DNA of 64,000 nt. It comes from Planctomycetota bacterium. Lineage in GTDB: Bacteria; Planctomycetota; UBA8742; UBA2392. Below are positions 18,452-26,625 of the stretch, piece by piece (position 1 is the first letter of the stretch; the number at the start of each line of letters is the position of its first letter). The stretch covers positions 115,382-179,381 of the forward strand of contig JAMQHL010000012.1 of the NCBI GenBank assembly GCA_025993795.1, in the 5' to 3' direction. The position numbers and the translations under genes are program-made. The notes below the pieces were generated by a model, which saw only the letters and a program-made list of their open reading frames with translations, did not search any database and had not been told where the DNA came from.

Positions 18452-18853
18452 TTTCCTGTTTCTTTGGGCGCGGTTCTGGCTTTCCTGCCGATTGTGTGAC
18501 CACTCCTTGCGAGCAAAGACTTCTTCCTGAGGCGGAAGGTGCGCTTTGCATGATGGCTTGCTCTCGCATCAGAAACCGACGAGTCCGCCGCCATGCACCG
18601 CGCTCGAGCTTGCCCGGCCAATCCCGGCGTCGCCAGCGCCACTGCCCCGAACTTCCTTGACCCTTCCCGGCCCCTTCCCGCGGGGCGCATCTTTTCCTGC
18701 CGCAGTTCATGCTTGGCTGGCTCCTTGAGGCCGATCACGTCCACCCCCGCTGGCTTGCGTCCTGCCCGTTCCACAAAGCCTGTATCTTTGGAATCCCATG
18801 CCGGGCTTGGGCTTGCTACACTTCCCGCGTCGCTTTCGACTACAGGAGCAAGC

Positions 18854-19981
18854 ATGGGCCTCTTTCTTGAGATCATCGAGTACCAGGAAACACGCGCTGA
18901 CGAAATCAGCCACCGCATCCCGGAGCGCGGCAGCGCTGAGTTCAAACTCGGTGGCCAGTGCATCGTGCGCGAGAACCAGGTCGCCATCTTCTGCGTCGGC
19001 GGCAAAGCTGCCGACATCTTTCCGCCGGGCCGCCACACCATCACCACGCTCAACATCCCGGTCATCACCAAGCTGCTCAGCCTGCCCTGGGGCTTCAAGT
19101 CGCCGATCCGCACTGAGGTCTACTACGTCAACACCAAGATGTTCACCGACCTCAAGTGGGGCACCAAGGAACCGATTGCCCTGCGCGACAGCGACTTCGG
19201 GCTGGTGCGCGTGCGCGGCTTTGGGCGCTTTGCCATTCGCGTGGTCGAGCCGCTGGTGTTCATCAATAATCTGGTCGGCCAGGACGACAGCTTCCGTACC
19301 GACGAAATCGAAGACTACCTGCGCGACCTGATTGTCAGCCACGTCAATGACTGGCTGGGCGCGAACATGAAGTCGATTCTCGACCTGCCCGGGCATTACA
19401 AAGAGTTCGCCGAGGCCATGAAGCCGCACCTGAACGCAGCCATGGCCAAGTTCGGCATTGAGCTGGTTGAGTTCTTTATCAACAACTTCAACCTGCCTGA
19501 AAGCGTGCAGAAGGCCATCGACAAGCGCGCCGAGATGGGCGCCATCGGCGACGTCGGCAAGTACGCGCAGTTCCAGATGGCTGACGCCATGCGCGACATG
19601 GCCAAGAACCCCGGCACCGGCAATAGCGCGGGCATGATGATGGGCATGATGATGCCCGGCATGATGATGAACCAGCTGAACCAGCAGCAGACCCAGGCCC
19701 TGCAACAGCAGGGCAAGAAGCCCGATCAGTACGCAAGCTGCCCCAAGTGCCAGGGCATGAACGAAAAGGGCGCACGCTTTTGCAGCGCATGCGGCGAAGC
19801 CATGCTGGTTGAAATGCGCTGCCCAAGCTGCGGATTCGGCCTTAAGGCCGACGCCAAGTTCTGCCCGGATTGCGGTTTCAAGATGGGCACCAAGCCCAAG
19901 TGCGGCGAATGCGGCCACGAAAACCTGCCCGACGCCAAGTTCTGCGTGAACTGCGGTGCCAAGGCTAGCGTGAAGGCCTAG
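18854..19981 (+). CDS. SPFH/Band-7 domain protein (COG4260, YdjI-like) with a Met-rich linker and three C-terminal zinc ribbons
   Basis: MGLFLEIIEY...VRENQVAIF...FTDLKWGTKEPIALRDSDFGLVRVRGFGRF...FNLPESVQKAIDKRAEMGAIGD follows the COG4260 pattern. The linker is GMMMGMMMPGMMMNQLNQQQ. Three CxxC...FCxxCG ribbons follow. AGGAG lies 6 nt upstream of ATG 18854. Confidence 0.85.
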   Translation: MGLFLEIIEYQETRADEISHRIPERGSAEFKLGGQCIVRENQVAIFCVGGKAADIFPPGRHTITTLNIPVITKLLSLPWGFKSPIRTEVYYVNTKMFTDLKWGTKEPIALRDSDFGLVRVRGFGRFAIRVVEPLVFINNLVGQDDSFRTDEIEDYLRDLIVSHVNDWLGANMKSILDLPGHYKEFAEAMKPHLNAAMAKFGIELVEFFINNFNLPESVQKAIDKRAEMGAIGDVGKYAQFQMADAMRDMAKNPGTGNSAGMMMGMMMPGMMMNQLNQQQTQALQQQGKKPDQYASCPKCQGMNEKGARFCSACGEAMLVEMRCPSCGFGLKADAKFCPDCGFKMGTKPKCGECGHENLPDAKFCVNCGAKASVKA

Positions 19982-20070
19982 CGCCGACCTGTCTGCACCA
20001 GGCGCGGGCGTCTTGTGCCCGCGCCTTGCTATTGCAGGCCAACCGATTGTCCATGTGGTAAACTTGAACC

Positions 20071-20487
20071 ATGTTTGCACCCATCGATGACCGCACACTG
20101 CAACACGGCGTCCAAACGCCAGCCGCGTACACCCTGCTGCTGGTCGCGGTGCTGACGTTCGGCGCGGCTTGGGGCCTGCAGTTGGTTCTTGCCACCAGAG
20201 CGATCCCCGGCATCGAAACGCAGCCGCAGGCGTACTGGTTTGTGTACTCGCTGCTGGCGGCCTTGGGCGTGGTCGGGATGGTCACAGCCTGCCGCGCACT
20301 GGGGCAGCGCATCGCGTTGATGCTGTCGCGTCGCACGCACAGGGCAGCGCTCAGCGCCAGTGAAGTAGCCGGGCAATACCTGCTGCGCCGCGAGATTCGC
20401 GAACGCAGCCGTCCTCTCCAAGGCACAGGCGGCCCCTGTCCGCAGCACTGGGTCAACTACCTGCAACAGGCACACGCCTCGCGCTAA
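20071..20487 (+). CDS. Hypothetical small membrane protein (two predicted TM helices)
   Basis: The hydrophobic segments are AAYTLLLVAVLTFGAAWGLQLVLA and YWFVYSLLAALGVVGMVTA. The C-terminus is basic. No family was recognised. Confidence 0.45.
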   Translation: MFAPIDDRTLQHGVQTPAAYTLLLVAVLTFGAAWGLQLVLATRAIPGIETQPQAYWFVYSLLAALGVVGMVTACRALGQRIALMLSRRTHRAALSASEVAGQYLLRREIRERSRPLQGTGGPCPQHWVNYLQQAHASR

Positions 20488-20637
20488 GTGGCATGCGCGT
20501 CCCGCGCATGAGTTTCAGCGGCCGCTGCCGCCGGCTGGAGGCCGTCGCAACTCATTCGCCGCAGGCGAATGCCAGCAACGGCTGCGCGAGCTTGGCCTTC
20601 CTGTTCCGTCACTGTGCAAACTCGCTAACCTGCGGCC

Positions 20638-21618
20638 ATGCGCATTGTCCGCATTGTGCTTGGTGTGTTTGTGCTGCTGCTGCTGGCCGGTGGTGTCGCC
20701 GGCGGCGTCTGGGTGCTCTATGAACACGGTGGTGGCGGCTTGCCCGTTTCGATTACCTTTGACGAAGGTAAGGGCATCTCGTCCGGTGACGAAGTCGTAT
20801 TCGGCGACCGCCTGGTTGGCCGCGTCAGCCATGTCGATGCAGACGGCGACGGCGTGCTGGTACATGCCGTGATCGCCGCCGACCACGCCGAGCTGCTCCG
20901 CGACGGCTGTCGCTTCTGGATCGACAGCCGGTTTGGCAGCACGATTTTGAACTTCGACCGCAGCATCGGGGTGCCCGCGCTGCCGGGACAGCAGTTCAAG
21001 GGGCTGGCCGAGCGCCCGCAGCCCGACCCCGAGCTGACGCCGCCGCCGCTGGCGCGACCGCTGAAGGTGCGCCCGGTGTGGCTGTGCGAGGTGCGGGCGA
21101 CGCTGACGACGCGTGTTGGCACCGAAGAGTCGATTGACCGCACACGCAAGGGCGCGGCTGCAATCGTGCACGTCAACGCTCAGGGGGACCTGCTGGTGCT
21201 GTGCCCGGCATGGCTGATTGAGCCGGCGGGGCCGGTGATCGCGCAGAGCATACGGGTCGAGATGATCGGTGAAGGCACGCGCGTCGCCGACCTGGTTGAG
21301 CAACGCCGCGAACATGCGGTGCTGCTGATCCGGGCCACGGCCTATCGCGAGAAGGCGGCGACACTGTGGGCGAACGAGCTGGTGAACGGGCAGGGTCTGG
21401 TGCTGACCGATTTCGACGGCGCCAGCTACCCCGCCGAGGTGCGGCAGGGCGGCGTGGATTTCAAGGGCGTGCTTGAGCAGGGCGACGTGGCGCTAATAGA
21501 CGGCACCAAGCTGGCCGGGTTTGCACTGCCGAGCGTAGGCCGCAGCTCAGGCCTGCGCTGGATCAGCCTGCACGGGGCGGGAACAGCCATAGATGCCGCA
21601 CTGGCGGCGGTGAAGTGA
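20638..21618 (+). CDS. Membrane-anchored protein with an MlaD/MCE-like N-terminal domain and a degenerate trypsin-fold C-terminal domain
   Basis: The N-terminal TM helix is IVLGVFVLLLLAGGVAGGVWVL. It is followed by ITFDEGKGISSGDEVVFGDRLVGRVSHVD, which is MCE-like. The C-terminal half follows the Trypsin_2 spacing, but the expected His/Asp/Ser positions read PAWLI, EHAVLLI and GDVALID. Confidence 0.45.
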   Translation: MRIVRIVLGVFVLLLLAGGVAGGVWVLYEHGGGGLPVSITFDEGKGISSGDEVVFGDRLVGRVSHVDADGDGVLVHAVIAADHAELLRDGCRFWIDSRFGSTILNFDRSIGVPALPGQQFKGLAERPQPDPELTPPPLARPLKVRPVWLCEVRATLTTRVGTEESIDRTRKGAAAIVHVNAQGDLLVLCPAWLIEPAGPVIAQSIRVEMIGEGTRVADLVEQRREHAVLLIRATAYREKAATLWANELVNGQGLVLTDFDGASYPAEVRQGGVDFKGVLEQGDVALIDGTKLAGFALPSVGRSSGLRWISLHGAGTAIDAALAAVK

Positions 21619-21807
21619 GTCTTAGTTGGGTGATGATGCAGTCCGGCTTGCATTCAGTTAGTGGGGCGTGGCCAGATCGTATGCTTCCCCTCGACTGGAC
21701 TCCGGGGGACACAGCGCTGGCTGCGCCCCTGTCACCTAATGCCGACGCCATGAACGATTCGGTCGAAACGGAATGGCTTTTCCTGCCGCGCGCGCGAGCT
21801 CAATGTT

Positions 21808-22365
21808 TCAAAGAATTTTGCACTGTTTCAATTCCTGCTTCACCAGATAGTCCGACCGTTTCGCGAGTTTAGCCGACTCGTTCAGTATGTTGGTCATGAC
21901 ACCGCGGAGTTTGGGATAGCCCTTCGCCTTCTTGGCCGCTAAGCGAAGGCGATCCGGTAGGTCCGCGTGGTTTACGACGCGATACTCCCGTATGTCCTTC
22001 ACGCGGAGCGTGACTGACTCGTAGGGGTTCTCTGTATGCTGCCCGCGTTTGGCCCCGCTCAATCTGGGCTCTCTCTTTGCAATAAGCAGTAGAACATCTG
22101 GTGCTGGAATCACGTACCATGACTGCGTCGCCTCTTGGAAAACCACCACGGTTATATATTTGACGGCGCGCACTTGGTTGATCGTGTCCGAACAGCGGTG
22201 CGGAACAACAGGTTTGTCATCCTTCTTCTTGAGTCCAACGTACTTTATCTCTACATGGTCACCCTCAAAGTTGGCATCGCCCGCTGCATTACTGTCGGTT
22301 TCGGTGGCGCCAGTCACTGTGCGGAACCGATCCTCGATCTCTTTTCCCTGCTTCTTGTTACCCAC
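21808..22365 (-). CDS. Putative Type II restriction endonuclease (PD-(D/E)XK candidate)
   Basis: The gene starts 12 nt downstream of the methyltransferase gene on the same strand. The candidate catalytic motif is GDANFEGDHVEIKY. Local GC is lower than in flanking genes. No family was recognised beyond this. Confidence 0.55.
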   Translation of the reverse strand: MGNKKQGKEIEDRFRTVTGATETDSNAAGDANFEGDHVEIKYVGLKKKDDKPVVPHRCSDTINQVRAVKYITVVVFQEATQSWYVIPAPDVLLLIAKREPRLSGAKRGQHTENPYESVTLRVKDIREYRVVNHADLPDRLRLAAKKAKGYPKLRGVMTNILNESAKLAKRSDYLVKQELKQCKIL

Positions 22366-22377
22366 CGTGGTTCCTTC

Positions 22378-23283
22378 CTATGCCTGAAACAACGCCTTCG
22401 TGGGCTCATGGTTAGTCGCAACGGGTCCTGCGGCTGCATCTATCTCATTGCACCCGTGGTAGCGAGCTTGAGGTAAGTCCGCGAAACGTCGCATCATCAC
22501 CGAAATTGCTTCGGGGTTACTATCCACAAGAACCGATGACCGGCCCTGCCGCACCGATGCCTCACCAAAGGTACCGCTCCCGGCAAAGAAATCCAATGTT
22601 CGGTCGCCAGGGTTCGAGTGCACCCGTATGATTCGGCTGATGATCGCAAGGGGTTTCTGCGTAGGGTAGCCTGTCTTTTCTTTACCGTTGGGGCTGACGA
22701 TGGTGTTCCACCAAGTGTCCGTTGGTGTCTTTCCCTTTGCAGCCTTCTCGGGGCCCACCAGCCCGGGCGCCATGTAGGGAATTCGGTCAATATCGTCGTA
22801 TCGGTAGGTGTAGTTCTCTGGGTCCTTTGCGTACCAAAGAATGTTGTCGTGCTTCGGCGACCAGCGCTTGGTTGCGCGCGCGCCATAGTCGTATGACCAG
22901 ATGATCTCGTTGATGAAGCTCTCGCGGCCAAAAATCGTGTCCAACAAGACCTTGCAGTAGTGCACCTCACGATAGTCGATGTGGAAGAAGAACGAGCCGG
23001 TGGGAGTCAGCAACCGGTAGGCTTCGTCCAAACGAGGCTCAAGGAAGCCAAGGTAGTCCTCGAACGTGTCAAGGTACCCCTTGGTGCCGACCTTTGTCGT
23101 TCGATACTTCTTGCCCTGAAAGCCAACTCGGTCGCCACCTTCCTGGTCGTGTACGGTCTTGATCTGGGTTCTCGCCTGCTTCTTTCCGGTGTTGAACGGC
23201 GGGTCGATGTAGATGAGGTCGAACGACGCGTCAGGGAGCGAGCGAATGATGTCCAAGTTGTCGCCAAAGTAGATGTCGAGCAT
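22378..23283 (-). CDS. Beta-class DNA methyltransferase (N6-adenine or N4-cytosine)
   Basis: Motif IV is LIYIDPPFNTGK near the N-terminus. Motif I is TLDFFAGSGTFGEAS near the C-terminus. This order is typical of beta-class amino-methyltransferases. Confidence 0.9.
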   Translation of the reverse strand: MLDIYFGDNLDIIRSLPDASFDLIYIDPPFNTGKKQARTQIKTVHDQEGGDRVGFQGKKYRTTKVGTKGYLDTFEDYLGFLEPRLDEAYRLLTPTGSFFFHIDYREVHYCKVLLDTIFGRESFINEIIWSYDYGARATKRWSPKHDNILWYAKDPENYTYRYDDIDRIPYMAPGLVGPEKAAKGKTPTDTWWNTIVSPNGKEKTGYPTQKPLAIISRIIRVHSNPGDRTLDFFAGSGTFGEASVRQGRSSVLVDSNPEAISVMMRRFADLPQARYHGCNEIDAAAGPVATNHEPTKALFQA

Positions 23284-23329
23284 TCATCGCTCCTTCAACC
23301 AAGCTGGGACCAATGTTACCGGCAAGCGC

Positions 23330-23463
23330 GACACGGTCTATCCGTTGACAACTTGTCGGTTTGCAAACTCCAGCAGCGCCAGTCCCGAGCTTGGCCGGAA
23401 GTTCATCTTTCTGGACTGCGACCCCAAAGCGGTTGAAGCGATGAAGCGTTCCCTGAGCGGCGA
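23330..23463 (+). pseudogene. Possible relic of the C-terminus of another amino-methyltransferase
   Basis: The plus-frame translation ...ELGRKFIFLDCDPKAVEAMKRSLSG resembles the common methyltransferase C-terminal LGRxxIGxExxxxYxxxAxxRL. The upstream motif I region is not recognisable. Confidence 0.3.
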
Positions 23464-23970
23464 TCAGTCGATCCACTGCGGGGGTTCGCCTTCTTTGGGC
23501 GGCTTTGGCGGCGTGGAATAGACTTCGATCGTGTGGCCCATGGGGTCGGCGACGGTCCAGCCCCAGTAGCTGCCCTGCCGCCAGGTCGGCTTTTCGGACT
23601 GTGCCCGCGTGGCGGCTTCGCGCAGCCGTTTGACCGCGCTGACGAACTGGTCCCAGGGATAGTGCAGGCTGAAGCTCATCAGCGGCACGGACTCGACCTT
23701 GGCTTCGCCCGGCTGCCAGGCCCAGCGCGTTTCGATGGGCAGCGGGTGGTCCCAGCGAAAGAACATGATTTCAAAGCCTTCGGACTTGTACGTCACCCAG
23801 GCCCAGTTTTCGTTGTCCAGGAACGCGCCTTCCTTCATGCCCAGCAGTTCGGTGTAGAACTGCCGCATCGCGGCCACGTCGTTACAGAATGCGTACAGAA
23901 AGCGAACATTGAACGCCGGTGCAGGCTCCGCCGGATTGTTCATTGCCATCGTCTTTTTCTTCTTTGCCAT
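23464..23970 (-). CDS. VOC (glyoxalase/bleomycin-resistance/dioxygenase) family protein
   Basis: VRFLYAFCNDVAAMRQFYTELLGMKEG is typical of a VOC first beta-alpha unit. GGAGG lies 6 nt upstream of ATG 23970. Confidence 0.65.
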   Translation of the reverse strand: MAKKKKTMAMNNPAEPAPAFNVRFLYAFCNDVAAMRQFYTELLGMKEGAFLDNENWAWVTYKSEGFEIMFFRWDHPLPIETRWAWQPGEAKVESVPLMSFSLHYPWDQFVSAVKRLREAATRAQSEKPTWRQGSYWGWTVADPMGHTIEVYSTPPKPPKEGEPPQWID

Positions 23971-24148
23971 CACGCCCTCCGCCCACAGATTCAAGCCGGT
24001 TAACCGGCGTTGTCACTTGCGAAATCGGTTTGCGCGCCGCGGGCAGGCAAATGCGTGCCATGCAAACCGGCTCAAGATTCAAGGCTTGCATTGCCGAAAC
24101 CGTAATTGGTCCGTGCCTGCGCGGAACCATTCGCATCGGGAGCAAGCA

Positions 24149-26605
24149 ATGGCCGGCAAGACACTCAGCACCCGCGACACCCTAAGCATGCACAGCGTGC
24201 GCAAACTGCTGAACAAAGAGCTGGTGCAGGAATGCGCAGCACTTTCGCTGCTGCTGGTGGTTGCCTTCATGATTCTTGCCATTGTCAGCTACGACCCAGC
24301 CGACGTCGCTGGCGCGGTATGGCCCGTCAACGATGAGCCCCACAACCTCGGCGGCCGCATCGGCGCCGTGGTCGTGCACTACGCATACACGTTTCTGGGC
24401 GTCGGCACCTATCTGCTGGTTGGTGTGCTGGGCGTGTACGCCTCGCTGATCTTCTTCCGGCGCAAAGCGGCTGACTGGCCCGTGCGCCTGATCGGCACGG
24501 CGCTGCTGGTGGCGACGTTCAGCGCAATGTTCGGCGACAGCTATGCCGACAGCGGCATCATGCCCTCGCGCGGCGGCGTGACCGGCACCACGATTTTCGG
24601 GCTGCTGATGGCGAACTTCGGCATGACCGGGGCCTTCCTGGTGCTGGCGTTCACGATGCTGCTGAGCTTTCTGCTGGCCACGGACATTCTGTTCTACCCG
24701 ATCATCCGCGACTTGCTGCACCCGCTGGGCAGCGACGACGAAGCGATGTCGGGCCCGCTGACGCCGCCGCAGATCCCGGACCCGATCATGCCCCATGAGC
24801 TTGAGCAGAAAGAAGGCGGCAACTGGCTGACCCGCCTGCTCGGGGGCAAGAGCTCGGATGCAGAAGACACCGAGGACACCGAAGAAGAAGGCGACGACGA
24901 CGATGAAGACGATCTGATTGTTGACTTCGCGCCCGATCTCGCCCTGATCCCGGGCAGCGGGTCCGCCACCGCGCCTGAGCCGCAGCAGGTCGGCGCGCGA
25001 CGGCCGGTCGTCGAGAGACCTGCCCCGGCGCCCACCGAGAGCGCCAGCGGCGAAGAGTGGGAAGCCGCGCTGGCCAGCTACCGGCTGCCCGAGGTGGCGA
25101 TGCTGAACGCCGGCAAGAAGCGCGACACGAACCGCGCCAAAGCCGAAATGACGCGATGCGCCGAGATCATTCGCGCTACGTTTGCGCACTTCAAGATGGA
25201 TGTAAGGGTCGTGGACAGCATTCCCGGCCCGACCGTGACGACCTATGAAATGGAGATCCCGCCCGACGTCATGCTGAACAAGGTCGAGCGCGTGAAAGAC
25301 AACCTGGCGCTGAACCTGCGCGTGCATGGCGTGCGCTTCGTGACCCAGGCCGGCAAGAGCACGGTCGGTATTGAAGTCCCCAACCACACCCGCGACATGG
25401 TCAGCTTTCGCGAAATTCTGGAAACACCTGAGTTCGAAGTCGCAAGCAAGAAAATGGACCTGCCGATGGCATTCGGCAAAGATGCGCTGGGCGTGCCCGT
25501 GATCCGTGACCTGGCTGCCATGCCGCACCTGCTGGTGGGCGGCGCAACCGGCCAGGGCAAGAGCGTTTTCGAGAACGTGCTGCTGGCAAGCCTGCTGATG
25601 TCGCGCAGCCCGCGCGACTTGCGCATGGTGATGGTTGACCCCAAGCAGGTTGAGTTCGCGCCGTATCGAGATGTGCCGCACCTGCTGGCGCCGGTGATCG
25701 ACGATTCGCGGCGTGCGGTCAGCGTGTTTGAGTGGCTGGCGGAAGAAATGGAGCGACGCTACACGCTGTTCAAGCACACCGGCGTGCGCAAGATGAGCGA
25801 GTACAATGATCTCAGCAACCGCGAACGCCGCAAGCGCCTCGAAGATGCGGGGGCCGATCCGGACAGTGAATCGCACCTGCCCAGCATTGTCGCGATTGTG
25901 GACGAGCTGGCCGACCTGATCCTTGTCGCCAGCGACACCAAGATCGACGAGTTGATCGCCCGCATCGCCGCCAAGGCCCGCGCTGCCGGCATTCACCTGA
26001 TCCTGGTCACGCAGTCGCCGCGTGCCGACGTGCTGAATGGGCTGATCAAGTCGAACATTCCCGCCCGCGTCAGTCTGCGCGTAAACACCGGCAGCGAGTC
26101 GCGTATCGTGCTGGACCAGACCGGCGCCGAAGACCTGATGGGCAAGGGCGACCTGTTGATGGTCATGCCCGGCGACCCGCGCGCCGTGCGCGTCCAGAGT
26201 GCCTTCATTGCCGACGACGAGATGAACCGCGTGCTCGACACGCTGCGCAGCCAGCTCAAGCCCAATTATCTCATCGACCCGGCCAGGTTTGCCGGCGGCG
26301 GAGGCAGCAGTGATGGAGCGGCCGCAGGCGGTATCGGCGACCTGGACCCCGACTTCGCGGCAGCGGTTGACCAGATTCTTGCGGCTGGGCGCGGCAGCGC
26401 GAGCTTTCTGCGCACGGCGATGGGCCTGGGGCACACGCGTGCCACGCGCATCATCATCCAGATGGAGCGGGCAGGAATGCTGGGCCCGGCGCGCGGCAGC
26501 AAAGAGCGCGAGATACTGATCAGCTTTGAAGAATGGGAAGCCCGCAAAGCCGCCGGCGACTTGACGGGTCAAGGCGGCGCCTACGACAGCATGGTCGCGG
26601 CCTGA
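24149..26605 (+). CDS. ftsK: DNA translocase FtsK
   Basis: There are N-terminal TM helices and an acidic/Pro-rich linker. The motor domain has Walker A GGATGQGKSV and IVAIVDELADL. The C-terminal gamma domain (winged helix) contains ASFLRTAMGLGHTRATRII. Confidence 0.95.
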   Translation: MAGKTLSTRDTLSMHSVRKLLNKELVQECAALSLLLVVAFMILAIVSYDPADVAGAVWPVNDEPHNLGGRIGAVVVHYAYTFLGVGTYLLVGVLGVYASLIFFRRKAADWPVRLIGTALLVATFSAMFGDSYADSGIMPSRGGVTGTTIFGLLMANFGMTGAFLVLAFTMLLSFLLATDILFYPIIRDLLHPLGSDDEAMSGPLTPPQIPDPIMPHELEQKEGGNWLTRLLGGKSSDAEDTEDTEEEGDDDDEDDLIVDFAPDLALIPGSGSATAPEPQQVGARRPVVERPAPAPTESASGEEWEAALASYRLPEVAMLNAGKKRDTNRAKAEMTRCAEIIRATFAHFKMDVRVVDSIPGPTVTTYEMEIPPDVMLNKVERVKDNLALNLRVHGVRFVTQAGKSTVGIEVPNHTRDMVSFREILETPEFEVASKKMDLPMAFGKDALGVPVIRDLAAMPHLLVGGATGQGKSVFENVLLASLLMSRSPRDLRMVMVDPKQVEFAPYRDVPHLLAPVIDDSRRAVSVFEWLAEEMERRYTLFKHTGVRKMSEYNDLSNRERRKRLEDAGADPDSESHLPSIVAIVDELADLILVASDTKIDELIARIAAKARAAGIHLILVTQSPRADVLNGLIKSNIPARVSLRVNTGSESRIVLDQTGAEDLMGKGDLLMVMPGDPRAVRVQSAFIADDEMNRVLDTLRSQLKPNYLIDPARFAGGGGSSDGAAAGGIGDLDPDFAAAVDQILAAGRGSASFLRTAMGLGHTRATRIIIQMERAGMLGPARGSKEREILISFEEWEARKAAGDLTGQGGAYDSMVAA

Positions 26606-26625
26606 AGGCGCACCCCAGGAGACAC

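Noticed and set aside
18783-18812. TTTGGAATCCCATGCCGGGCTTGGGC could be a degenerate attR copy of the tRNA 3' end (GGTTCGAATCCCGGCGGGCCCACCA).
   Set aside because: Only a short GAATCCC core and scattered bases match. This is too weak to call an att site without alignment statistics or comparative data.
18390-19113. Minus-strand ORFs 18390..18710 and 18439..19113 could be real genes or a transposase.
   Set aside because: The part above 18854 is antisense to the well-supported SPFH gene. The remainder is low-complexity Arg/Pro/Gly sequence with no recognisable catalytic motifs. It is kept only as a low-confidence note on a possible relic.
21615-21872. An 85-aa plus-strand ORF lies between the MCE-like gene and the restriction gene.
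   Set aside because: It overlaps the 3' end of the minus-strand endonuclease ORF. It has no RBS or motifs and lies in the compositional transition zone.
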